The notes under the pieces were generated by a model. The model had not been told where the DNA came from and made no database searches. It was given only the letters and a program-made list of their open reading frames with translations. A DNA stretch of 64,000 bases, from contig OZ241869.1 in assembly GCA_965202805.1 (NCBI GenBank), positions 1,344,001-1,408,000 of the forward strand, in the 5' to 3' direction. Below, piece by piece: positions 1 through 9,104 of the stretch. The position numbers were made by a program, and so were the translations under genes. Positions within the stretch are counted from its first letter, which is position 1; every line of letters starts with the position of its first letter. The stretch is from Longimicrobiales bacterium. GTDB lineage: Bacteria; Gemmatimonadota; Gemmatimonadetes; Longimicrobiales; Gaopeijiaceae.

Positions 1-774
1 CAGCACCGGCGATGAGCTGGCGCCGGCCGCCAGCAACGGTTCCATCACGTCGATGAAGTTCGGGATCCCCACCAGATCCACCTCCGCTCCCTGCTGCTTC
101 TCGAGCGCGTACTCGAGCATCACCAGGGTGGCGTGGCCCTCGGCGGCCGCCTGGGCGGCGATCTGGCGGTCGTTGCCGCGCGCGCGCTCGGTCAGCGCGT
201 CGAGGTCGACCGACTGGTCCTGGGCGGCGTGGACGAGCTCGTGGACCAGCACGCTTTCGACCGTCTCCTCGTCCTGGCCGGATCTCACGTAGAGCGCCAC
301 CGAGTCGGGGTCGTAGAAGCCGGCGACCTGCTCCGTATAGAGCGCCAGGAAGAGCGCGCCAAGGTCGAGTGTTTCCGGCACGAGCCCCAGAAGCGCGTAG
401 CTGTCGCGGATGCGCTCCACTTCGCCCTCCTGAAACTCCTCATCGAGCTTGAAGGTCAGATAACGGACCAGCTCCTCCTCGCTTCGCCACTCGACGCGCA
501 CCGGTCTGGTAAAGCTGAATCCCGAGCGCTCGCTGATGTCCTGGAGCAGCCCGTCGACCGTCTCCTGCAGGGCGGCATCCGAGGAGACGACCAGCCCGCT
601 GGTGGGCGGTTCCTGGCTGCAGGCAACGCCGGGTACGACGATGACCAGCAGGAGCGCCCACCAGCGTTCCGGCAGCGCGGCAAGGCCTTGCAATCCATGG
701 ATGAATCCGCGCGAGCCCGGAGAGCGGCGAGGCGCCGGGCCACAGGGAGTTCGTCCGCGCGATGCCAGCCTCAT
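1..774 (-). CDS. Putative lipoprotein zinc metallopeptidase (HExxH), truncated at window edge
   Basis: Not in ORF track because its stop lies outside the window. Manual translation from ATG 774 (ATGA overlap with cupin stop): hydrophobic stretch then lipobox-like GVAC, EQVAGFYDP, VHELVHAAQDQ (229-243), downstream AEGHA. Confidence 0.75.
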   Translation of the reverse strand, partial: MRLASRGRTPCGPAPRRSPGSRGFIHGLQGLAALPERWWALLLVIVVPGVACSQEPPTSGLVVSSDAALQETVDGLLQDISERSGFSFTRPVRVEWRSEEELVRYLTFKLDEEFQEGEVERIRDSYALLGLVPETLDLGALFLALYTEQVAGFYDPDSVALYVRSGQDEETVESVLVHELVHAAQDQSVDLDALTERARGNDRQIAAQAAAEGHATLVMLEYALEKQQGAEVDLVGIPNFIDVMEPLLAAGASSSPVL

Positions 775-1145
775 CCGTGTCGCCCGGAACTCCCTGCGCG
801 TCCGTAACGATCCTCGAGCCGGACCACGTCGTCCAGTTCGGGCGTCGACGCCTCCAGGATGTCCACGTCCGTCACCGCCTCCATGCGGTGCACGGTTCCG
901 GGAACGATGCGCACCGCATCCCCCTCCCTCATCATCCGTTTCTCCAGTTCATCCGCCGAGGGCCCAAGCCACAGAAGCATCGATCCGGCCAGGAGGTACA
1001 GCGTCTCGTCCTTCTCGCGGTGGTACTGAAGCGAAAGCGCTTCGCCCGCGTTCACATGCAGGATCTTGCCCACGTAGCGCCCGGTGTGGGCCCAAATGAG
1101 CTCGTAGCCCCAGGGCTTTTCGACCCTGACGCAGAGTGTCTTCAT
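771..1145 (-). CDS. Cupin domain protein (mannose-6-phosphate isomerase-like)
   Basis: VEKPWGYE, LSLQYHREKDET, PGTVHRMEA, EASTPELDDVVRLEDRYGR motifs; start refined to MKTL at 1145. Confidence 0.88.
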   Translation of the reverse strand: MKTLCVRVEKPWGYELIWAHTGRYVGKILHVNAGEALSLQYHREKDETLYLLAGSMLLWLGPSADELEKRMMREGDAVRIVPGTVHRMEAVTDVDILEASTPELDDVVRLEDRYGRAGSSGRHG

Positions 1146-1236
1146 CTCCAGGACTCCGCCAGTTGCCGCATCGCACGGGAATCTATCACCCGGGGCAAGT
1201 GCGCGAGCACCCGCGCCCGTCGGAGAATCCCCCTGC

Positions 1237-1274
1237 AACAAACGCGCCCACCACCTTCGCGGGCGGCGGGCGCG
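1237..1274 (-). terminator. Intrinsic terminator closing the TonB receptor operon
   Basis: Minus strand CGCGCCCGCCGCC-CGCGAA-GGTGGTGGGCGCG (13-bp stem with G-U pairs) followed by TTTGTT, 27 nt after the stop at 1302. Confidence 0.7.
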
Positions 1275-1301
1275 GACTGATGCGACATGCCGGCGCCGAC
1301 G

Positions 1302-3071
1302 TCAGCCTCCGAAGAACTCCTTGAACTTGTTCCTGTAGTCGTCGCTCTGCTGCACCCACATCTCGGTGATCGACGTGATGCCATCCGGCTCCAGCACCAC
1401 CAGGTAGTGGGTGAACGACCCGAAATCGCCGACCTGCCCCGCTTCCAGCCGGTCCATCCCGTTTCCGCGAGCATCCAGCGTGATCGTGTTGCCCCGGGAC
1501 GAAGTGCCGACGCCCGTAGGCGAGATGGCGGCAAGGTAGCTCTGGTAGTGCAGTCCCGGCGGCGGCGGCGGCAGCCGGTTGAGCTCCACCAGCAGCGAAC
1601 TCTCATAGAAGGACCCCGAACCCGAGCCACCACCGGAAAAGGGCTTGATCTTGCCGTCCGAACCCAGGTGGCCGAAGGTCATGGCCCCCTCCGCCATGAG
1701 GTTTTTGGAGGTCAGGTACTCCTGGAACAGGAACGGGCCACCCGTGGGGGAGCTCGCCTGCCCGGACTCGGCGCTCACCGCGACGTGCGTAAAGTCGGCG
1801 AAGCTCTGATCCATGGACACTTCCATCTTCGCGTGGTACACGTCCTTCGAGGATGATGGCGAGAAGGTGGAGCCCATCATCGTCATGTCCATGTCCATCG
1901 CGGGATAGATCGTGGCGTCTGCGGCCGCGTAGGAACCGGAGCCCGCGTCGTGCAGCCAGAGCTGGTAGGAACCGCCGGAGAGGGGCGAGAAGCCGCTCAG
2001 CGTGACGTCGATCTGGCCTGGGGCGGCGAAGGAATTGGCGCCCCCGGAGAGTTCCGGCGCGTTGGGCACCACGCCGGCCGGGAACGGCCCCATGGCGTTG
2101 TTGATGACGTTCCCGTCGGCGTCGATGTCGGGACCGAGCTGCATGCGGACGGTGGGGTTGCCGGCCGGGAGCGCGTCCGCGCTCGGCGCTCCCTCGTAGA
2201 GGAGCAGGTAGTTGTACTGCCCGGGCGCGACGCTGGCGCCCACCTCGTTCGAGCCGAAGGGGGTGTTGGCCGCGGTGAACTCGGCGGCCGTCGTCTCCTC
2301 CGCGCCCGCCGCCGGTACGGGCCACAGATCCCCGGGCGTGGCCCTGATGATGCAGTCGAGGGCTCCGTTGCCGTCGGCGTCGGTCTCGATGGTACCCAGC
2401 GCCACCGGATTGACCGGCGCGCCCACGCGGGTGATCGAACTGTAGTTGCATGTGACATTGGAATAAATCAACTGCCGCCCGGGGAGGAAGGACAACTCGT
2501 CGGGAGCGTCCACCGGGATGCCCGTCAGCACCTGGTTGTGGTCCAGTTCGCCGTTCACCTGAAGCGCCATGCGCGCCAGGACAATCGTATAGACCGTGGA
2601 AGGCTCGAGACCCGTAAGCTCACCCCACATGTCCCAATCGCCGGGCGCAAAGGCCGGGTTGCTGGAAATCGAAATCAGTTCCCACATGCCGAAGTGATTG
2701 CCCACCGCAGCCGAACTCTCCCGCAGCGCGGGGAGCCGGGGATCCTGCGAGGAGTTGCGAACCGAAACGCCCATGTCCACGGCAGCGGAGGTGAACTGTC
2801 CGTTGTTCACGTCGCGGAAGAACCCCGCCGCCCCCGTCCCCCGGTCAAACCCGTCCGGGACCGAGAAATCGAACCCGGAAACGACCGCCTTTGAGAGCGC
2901 GACGGATCCGGAGGGGTACACCGCATCCCCCGGCGCCATCACCATCTTGAGCACCGGCCGGTCCTCGGTGAGGTCGGTGACGTTGTCGGTCTGGCAGGCG
3001 GCCACGAGAAGCGCGCCGCAGAGGGCGACACCCGCCGCGTGCAGCCGAATTCGCTTGCGTACTGGATTCAT
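1302..3071 (-). CDS. Putative outer-membrane/surface lipoprotein with two C-terminal RskA_C-like repeats
   Basis: 589 aa; basic N-terminus, hydrophobic core, LVAAC lipobox followed by acidic QTDNVTDLTED; GGAGG upstream of start; last gene of a co-oriented cluster. Confidence 0.75.
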   Translation of the reverse strand: MNPVRKRIRLHAAGVALCGALLVAACQTDNVTDLTEDRPVLKMVMAPGDAVYPSGSVALSKAVVSGFDFSVPDGFDRGTGAAGFFRDVNNGQFTSAAVDMGVSVRNSSQDPRLPALRESSAAVGNHFGMWELISISSNPAFAPGDWDMWGELTGLEPSTVYTIVLARMALQVNGELDHNQVLTGIPVDAPDELSFLPGRQLIYSNVTCNYSSITRVGAPVNPVALGTIETDADGNGALDCIIRATPGDLWPVPAAGAEETTAAEFTAANTPFGSNEVGASVAPGQYNYLLLYEGAPSADALPAGNPTVRMQLGPDIDADGNVINNAMGPFPAGVVPNAPELSGGANSFAAPGQIDVTLSGFSPLSGGSYQLWLHDAGSGSYAAADATIYPAMDMDMTMMGSTFSPSSSKDVYHAKMEVSMDQSFADFTHVAVSAESGQASSPTGGPFLFQEYLTSKNLMAEGAMTFGHLGSDGKIKPFSGGGSGSGSFYESSLLVELNRLPPPPPGLHYQSYLAAISPTGVGTSSRGNTITLDARGNGMDRLEAGQVGDFGSFTHYLVVLEPDGITSITEMWVQQSDDYRNKFKEFFGG

Positions 3072-3090
3072 TTGGATCGCCTCCTGCCCG

Positions 3091-3798
3091 CTATGGGTTG
3101 AGACCGGGGACGTACGTCAACCCGATCGACAGGCGGATGTTGTGGATCATGTCCTGCTTGTCCGGGAGGTCGGTGCGTTCGGCATCCGGGAACCGACAGG
3201 CGCCGTCGCTTTTGCAGTTGCGCAGTCGTTCCTCCACCGGGTTCAGGACATCGCGGTCGAAATCCCTGTAGATGACGTCGCGCACGTCGATCTGGATGCC
3301 GGCCGCTTCGGTCACGGCGTAGCGCACGCCGGCGCCTCCCAGCACCATCTGATGGGTCACGCGCCGGAAGTTGTCGTTCGCCTGCGTATCCAGGTACAGC
3401 GTGGCTCCACCCCCGCCGACGACGACATATGGGTCCAGCGAGCTTCCGGGCATGACGCTGATGTGCGCGTTCAATCCGTAGTGCAGCGCGCTCAGCGTCT
3501 GGCCGACCTCGAAGATGCGGGTGCTGTCGGCGCCGAAGTCGACGGCGGCCACGTAAAAGCTCCCGTCGGTGTCGGCTCGGTGAAACTGGATCGCAGGCCC
3601 CAGCGCGATGCGTGGCGTGAGCTGATACAACGCCTCGAGCGCGAGCATGGGACTGTTCATGAGCGAGCTCGATGGGGCGTACATCTGAGTGCCCGCGGAC
3701 ACCTCCACGCTCCAGGCGCCCTGCTCGGACTGGGCATGCGCGGCCGAGGGCAGCGCGATCACCAGCCCGGCCAGCGCCAACCGGTTCAGTACTCTCAT
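3091..3798 (-). CDS. Small outer-membrane beta-barrel protein
   Basis: Signal peptide ending AHA-Q; amphipathic strands, PYVVVGGG and GAGVRY patterns typical of 8-stranded barrels; GGAGG upstream of ATG 3798. Confidence 0.75.
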   Translation of the reverse strand: MRVLNRLALAGLVIALPSAAHAQSEQGAWSVEVSAGTQMYAPSSSLMNSPMLALEALYQLTPRIALGPAIQFHRADTDGSFYVAAVDFGADSTRIFEVGQTLSALHYGLNAHISVMPGSSLDPYVVVGGGGATLYLDTQANDNFRRVTHQMVLGGAGVRYAVTEAAGIQIDVRDVIYRDFDRDVLNPVEERLRNCKSDGACRFPDAERTDLPDKQDMIHNIRLSIGLTYVPGLNP

Positions 3799-3866
3799 CA
3801 GTCTGTTTCCTCCCGTCTTGCCACGGGGTCGCACGGCCAGGTCTCCCTCTTCGACACCGAGCCGCA

Positions 3867-4982
3867 TCAGAACTGCAGCTGGAAGCTGAAGACCTGAATG
3901 TTCTCCAGCTGCTCCATCGACGTGTAGGCGTAGTCCACGCTCAGCGTGCCCAGCTCCCCTACCGGCAGCCGCAGGCCTCCACCCGCCGCAGCCGCGTGCA
4001 TGAGGCCGTGGTCGATCTGGTCTTCGTTCGCGAAGCGCTTGCCGGCGCGCACGAAGGCCAGTCCCCTGAAGCCGTACTCAAGCCCGAGCGCGGTTTCCTG
4101 GGGCGCGTCGACGGGGTCGTTGATGTCGGCCATCAGCCGAAGCGACTGGTCCGCGTCCGGAGAAACGATCGCGTCCGCGCCCCCGATCAGGTCCAGCATC
4201 ACGCTGAAACGGAACGACGTGGGGAGTTCGAGATTGTCGGTCGCCGCGGACAATTCCATAACCCGGATGAAATCGACGACCTGGCTCTCGGAGAACGACG
4301 TGTTCACCCGGCTGTTAAGGAGGTTTCCCTCGAATCGGCCCGAAGTCCCGAGGTTGGTGAGCGACGCTCCGAGGGTAACGCCGTAGAGCCCGGTGCGGAA
4401 CACCGTGCTCATGTCGACGCCGACGTAGCTCGCCGTCGCGTTGGTGATTCCTTCCTCGACGACCTTGCCGGCAAGCCCCACCGTCAGGCGGTCGGTGATC
4501 GGCTGCGCGAAGTGCAGCCCGATCGCGGTCCCTGTCCAACTGAAGGACGCGGCGGTCGGATCCTGTTCGCCTCCGTAGCCGGCGTTGGGCCAGTACTCGC
4601 TCTGCCAGGGCATCTCCCCGGAATCGAGCGTGTTCACGCTTACGCCGATGCGGGTAAACCCGAAAGGCATCACCACGCCCACGAAGGTGTGCTGGATGTC
4701 GAGATCGGTGAACAGCCGCGCGGTCGTCATTCCGGCGGAAAAGCCGTTGATGCGGGACATGGCCGCGGTGTTCCAGTAGAGCGACGTGACGTCGTCCGCC
4801 GCCGCTCCGAAGGCGCCTCCCAGCGCCTGGCCTCGCGCGCCGACGCCCAGCGCGAGAAAGGCGGCGCCCCGGGTTCCGACCCGGGTCACGATCTGTTCCG
4901 GCGTCGAGGTCAGCGTTTCCTGAGCCTCCAGCATGTCCGCCGTCGCCACGAGCGTGAGCGCTAGCAGCAGTGCACGGTTCAT
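3867..4982 (-). CDS. PorV/PorQ-family (FadL-like) outer-membrane barrel
   Basis: N-terminal signature GAAFLALGVGARGQALGGAF...DVTSLYWN, late VDYAY strand, C-terminal Phe; signal peptide. Confidence 0.85.
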   Translation of the reverse strand: MNRALLLALTLVATADMLEAQETLTSTPEQIVTRVGTRGAAFLALGVGARGQALGGAFGAAADDVTSLYWNTAAMSRINGFSAGMTTARLFTDLDIQHTFVGVVMPFGFTRIGVSVNTLDSGEMPWQSEYWPNAGYGGEQDPTAASFSWTGTAIGLHFAQPITDRLTVGLAGKVVEEGITNATASYVGVDMSTVFRTGLYGVTLGASLTNLGTSGRFEGNLLNSRVNTSFSESQVVDFIRVMELSAATDNLELPTSFRFSVMLDLIGGADAIVSPDADQSLRLMADINDPVDAPQETALGLEYGFRGLAFVRAGKRFANEDQIDHGLMHAAAAGGGLRLPVGELGTLSVDYAYTSMEQLENIQVFSFQLQF

Positions 4983-5008
4983 TGATCTATCTCCTTGGCC
5001 TCAGAGGC

Positions 5009-8000
5009 TCAGCGAATGACGACGAACTTGCCCATCTTCTTCTGGCCGCCGGATTCGAGGACGAAGATGTACAGCCCCGCTCCCAGGTTCGTCCGTTCGC
5101 GGGTCTGCATGTCCCAGTTCAGGTCTCCCCCGCAGTCCAGGGCGCCGCAGTAGGCGTCGATCCCCTGGAGATCCTCGGGGCCATAGACGAGCTCCTGGAT
5201 GAATCGTCCCGCCACGTCGAAGATGCGGATGGTCCCTTCCTGGGGAAGGTTGGTGAACTTCAGGACCCGCGCTTCGGTCGAGCGCTCGAACGCGCTCCCG
5301 TACAGGTAGGGGTTGGGCACCACGTGGACATTGTCCAGGGAAACCGGGCCGCTCGTCGCCGCCTCGGCCGCCGTTATCGCCCTCTGCACGTCCACCACCA
5401 CCTCGTCGCCCGACTCAAGGGGTACCAGCCAGGGGACCGTCAGCGTGACCTGCTCGGTCACCGGGATATAACCGGACTCGGTCGACCCTCCGGTGGTCGG
5501 ATCGCAGGAAGGGCGCGGGGCGTCGCAGCCGAAGGTCACGTCGAAGGTCACCACCGTGGCCGTCTCCGTCGCCGGCTGCCCGGCCGCATCCAGGACCGTG
5601 TTGCCCTGGTCGTCGGTCACCTCCCGGGTCACGGTCTCGACGAAGTAGATCTGGTCGCCCGGCACCCACACGCCCGCCGGAACGTCCACACGGGCCGTGT
5701 CGACCCCCTGTCCCACAAGCACCTTCTTCTGATGGTCGACCTTCTGAGTGTCGGCAACCGCGACCTGCACATCGCGGCCATAGGTGTTGTTGCGCACCGA
5801 GAACGGCAGCGAGTAGGACTTCAGAGTCTCGATCTCGGGATTGACCTTCTTGACGGCCGCGAGGACATCTTCGCCCGTGCTTGAGGTTGAGGCCGCCGGC
5901 CGCCCCGACAGGGATGCCGCCACGGTGGCCTCGATCGCCGCATCCGGAAGTTGGAAGGGCGCGCCCGCGCCCCAGGCGTCCGCGTTCCAAACGATCGCGT
6001 ACTCGCCGTACTCGTCTCCGCCCACGTACTCGGAGGGACCCGTCAGCCACCACACGCTGGGCCGCACGCGCGTTGCGATGGTGTCGGCGGACTCGGTGGT
6101 GAAGACTCTCGACTCGAGCGTACCTCCATCATCGGCGTTAACCGACACCGTGAAGAAGGGAAAGTCCTCCCGGCTCAAGAAGGTCCCCGGAGTCGCCTCG
6201 GCACCCTCCAGGGTCGTCGAGGCAAGAAGGGGCGTCGACCCGGCGGCGACCACCATGCCGAAGCCTCCTTCGAACACCTTGGTACGCTGCATGGAACTCT
6301 GCATCGCGCTGTCGACCGGGAGTTCGTCCAGCCCCGATATGGTAACCTTGCCCGACCGGTTGAAGTCCACGCTGGCGATCACGACCTCCTTCGGCTCCCC
6401 CTCCATGCCCGTGACCGTGCGCACCGTCTGTGCGGCCACGGTGGTCTGGGTGGAGGTCGGCGAACCGGTGTCGTCCAGGTTGTCCACCTGGTTGACCACC
6501 AGCTTGTCGCCGAAGACGACCCGGTACTGGCCGGAAACAGGGGAGGTTCCGACCACCGAGAATTCAACCGGTACGGTCGAGTTGCCGCTGCGCGAAACCT
6601 CGTTCAGTTCGGCCCGGCTGGCGCCTGCCGCCAGGTTGAGGGGCGCGTACACCACCGCGACGTTGGGGTTGGTGCCCGACGCGGACACCGGCCCGATCAG
6701 CTCGGGCGCGAACTCCACCTCCTCGGCAAGCAGCGAATCGACGTGCGTGCCACGCACCACGTTGAACGTGGCTCCACGCGTCTCCGTGACGATGGAGTAG
6801 GTATAGGTCACGCCGGGAATCAGCGCGAAATCGTTGAATGTGTTGGGCAGGGTGCCGTCGTCCTCGGCTTCGAAGGTGATGTACGGCTGCCACCCGAAGT
6901 TCGTCCATTTGGAAGTCGCGTCGACGACCGGGTCGCCGTCGCAGTCCCCATCCTGGGTCCAGGTGGAACCCCCGTCACAGGACTTGAAGATGTGGATGGC
7001 CGCAACGTTGTTCTCGGCACGCGCGGCGACCGAGTCCGCCAACCAGTAGTTGCGCGCGATGTCCGCGCTGACGTCGAGGTTTGCCAGGTAGGGGTCGATC
7101 CATTCCTCCGGGGCATCGTCGAAGAAGAGCGAGATGCGGTTCCCTTCGACCTCCCCTGTGGACGCCGCCTGGCCGCCGACCACATCCACCGCGGAGATCA
7201 CCGGCGGCGGGGCCGTCTCCGGCCCGAGGTACATCTGCTGGTAAAAGCTGATGGCGTTGTCGAGGGCGGATTCCATCGATACGGAGTCCGCAGCGCCCAC
7301 CAGCGCCACCACGAAGGGCACGGTGTCGCCCGGGGCCATGTGCACGGGACCCACGGCGATGTCGGCGATGTTGCCGTAGCTGTTGGTGTACCCGGAGGGG
7401 AGCGTGTCCGCCCAAAGCGTCACGCATCCGCGGCTGCCGCAGGCGTCGGCGTAGATGGTGTCCGGCTGCCCGTCGTGGTTCCAGTCCCAGGCGGGCGCGC
7501 CCGCTTCGCCCTCGCCCGGCACGTACTTGTTGTAGACGCCCGTGCGCTCCGGCCATGCCTCGGGCCGGAACGTGCGGTGGTAGGTCCGGTCGTCCAGGTC
7601 TCCCGGCGTCTCCCCATCCAGCGTGTATTCGCCGATCGAGGCGAAATGGCCGAAGTGAGCGCGCAGGCTCCGACCCCAGGTTCGCCCAATGCAGCCTCCG
7701 AACCCGCATTGGCGCTGGTGCTGAAACATGATGGTGTCGCCCGCGCGCGGATGCGAAGGATTGTAGAAGTCGCTCGACGGGTCGCTGAACAGCTTGTAGC
7801 GGGCGTCCCCGATGGGGGTCTTGAGGAACACGATGCCGGCACCCGCCGCGCCCAGGTTCCAGTCGAAACCCCCGCAACCCGAGCCCGGTGGATCGATCGC
7901 GTCCTCGCATCCGCTTCCGGTCTCCTTCCAGAGCATCGCGCTGCGCACGGGGTCGAAATAGTGCGCGTCGCCCTGTCCCTGCAGCAGCGGGTCGACGTTG

Positions 8001-9046
8001 ATGCCGATGTAGACGGAATCGTAGGTCATACCCACGCCGTATACCTTCTCGGATTCATTGACGATAATGGACTGGAAGTAAACCACATTCCCGACGGTGG
8101 GTAGCCCGAAGTAGAACGCGTCGTAGAACTGGGTGAGCCCCAGCGGCCAGCCGCCGTAAATGGGCGCTCCCGCGCCGCCGGGAACGACCGTGCCGTAGCG
8201 TTCGATGGCGTTCCGATAGTGGTCGCTCAACTCTCCGTAGGTCTGCCAGTCGCCCAGGAATTTCTCGGTGCTCTGCAGCTCCTCGGGCACGCGCCAGAAC
8301 GCGAACGGATCATGGTCGTTGGGGTTCATCGTGTCGTACATGGCTCCGAATTCGGGCGCGGACGACTGGAGCTCCAGGTACGACTCGGCGGGAACCGGGT
8401 GGCTCCCCTTCCAGCCGGCCGCGGGATGCGTGGCCTCGCAATCGGAGGTAGGGGTAAGCTGGAATCCCGGATTCATCAAGCCGGCGCGAACGCCGGAATG
8501 ATTCGTGCAGGTAGCGTCCTCGGTCGTTTTCGCCGCCAGGTTCAGCAGATCGACCGGGCTCCGGTCTGAAGCCCAGATCTTGTTGCCACCCCCGTTCACA
8601 AAACCACCGATGAGCAGCGTGGTCATGTTGACCGTGAAACCGCCGCCAGCGAGCCCGCTCGTGGCCGGATCGATGACTTCGGGCAGGTCGCTCGCGGGCG
8701 CACCCCACTTCATCCCCATGTCGAAGATAGCTGCCGAATAGCCCCCGGTTATCGTCCGAACCCACCAGTTGGCGCAGCCGAAGTGGTTGCGGTTCATGAA
8801 CCCGACGATGTTCTGAAAACACCAGATGTTGGATCCGTTTGCACGAACTCCGGCCGCGCCTTCGTCTCCGAATGCCCGCAACTGGAAGAGGTTCGGCCGA
8901 GTCGGAACCAAGAGGTCGGAACCCGCCCCTCCGGCGTCGATGACTGTCACCTCTTCCTGGGCTTGCGCCCCATCAGGCGTACCCAGGGGGATCAGGACCA
9001 CGCCCGCGATGAGGAGGCTTCCCCTAAGCGTGAGAAGTTTCTTCAT
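5009..9046 (-). CDS. Large secreted protein with T9SS type-A-like C-terminal sorting domain
   Basis: 1345 aa; signal peptide AQA-Q; C-terminus VVPNPY..KFTNLP..TIRIFDVAGRFI..WD..GAGLYIFVL..KMGKFVVIR. Confidence 0.8.
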   Translation of the reverse strand: MKKLLTLRGSLLIAGVVLIPLGTPDGAQAQEEVTVIDAGGAGSDLLVPTRPNLFQLRAFGDEGAAGVRANGSNIWCFQNIVGFMNRNHFGCANWWVRTITGGYSAAIFDMGMKWGAPASDLPEVIDPATSGLAGGGFTVNMTTLLIGGFVNGGGNKIWASDRSPVDLLNLAAKTTEDATCTNHSGVRAGLMNPGFQLTPTSDCEATHPAAGWKGSHPVPAESYLELQSSAPEFGAMYDTMNPNDHDPFAFWRVPEELQSTEKFLGDWQTYGELSDHYRNAIERYGTVVPGGAGAPIYGGWPLGLTQFYDAFYFGLPTVGNVVYFQSIIVNESEKVYGVGMTYDSVYIGINVDPLLQGQGDAHYFDPVRSAMLWKETGSGCEDAIDPPGSGCGGFDWNLGAAGAGIVFLKTPIGDARYKLFSDPSSDFYNPSHPRAGDTIMFQHQRQCGFGGCIGRTWGRSLRAHFGHFASIGEYTLDGETPGDLDDRTYHRTFRPEAWPERTGVYNKYVPGEGEAGAPAWDWNHDGQPDTIYADACGSRGCVTLWADTLPSGYTNSYGNIADIAVGPVHMAPGDTVPFVVALVGAADSVSMESALDNAISFYQQMYLGPETAPPPVISAVDVVGGQAASTGEVEGNRISLFFDDAPEEWIDPYLANLDVSADIARNYWLADSVAARAENNVAAIHIFKSCDGGSTWTQDGDCDGDPVVDATSKWTNFGWQPYITFEAEDDGTLPNTFNDFALIPGVTYTYSIVTETRGATFNVVRGTHVDSLLAEEVEFAPELIGPVSASGTNPNVAVVYAPLNLAAGASRAELNEVSRSGNSTVPVEFSVVGTSPVSGQYRVVFGDKLVVNQVDNLDDTGSPTSTQTTVAAQTVRTVTGMEGEPKEVVIASVDFNRSGKVTISGLDELPVDSAMQSSMQRTKVFEGGFGMVVAAGSTPLLASTTLEGAEATPGTFLSREDFPFFTVSVNADDGGTLESRVFTTESADTIATRVRPSVWWLTGPSEYVGGDEYGEYAIVWNADAWGAGAPFQLPDAAIEATVAASLSGRPAASTSSTGEDVLAAVKKVNPEIETLKSYSLPFSVRNNTYGRDVQVAVADTQKVDHQKKVLVGQGVDTARVDVPAGVWVPGDQIYFVETVTREVTDDQGNTVLDAAGQPATETATVVTFDVTFGCDAPRPSCDPTTGGSTESGYIPVTEQVTLTVPWLVPLESGDEVVVDVQRAITAAEAATSGPVSLDNVHVVPNPYLYGSAFERSTEARVLKFTNLPQEGTIRIFDVAGRFIQELVYGPEDLQGIDAYCGALDCGGDLNWDMQTRERTNLGAGLYIFVLESGGQKKMGKFVVIR

Positions 9047-9104
9047 TAGAACTCCGATTGGACAAGTTTGGCGTCTCGTTGTGTTCTGACGGCTCCGGGG
9101 CGCC

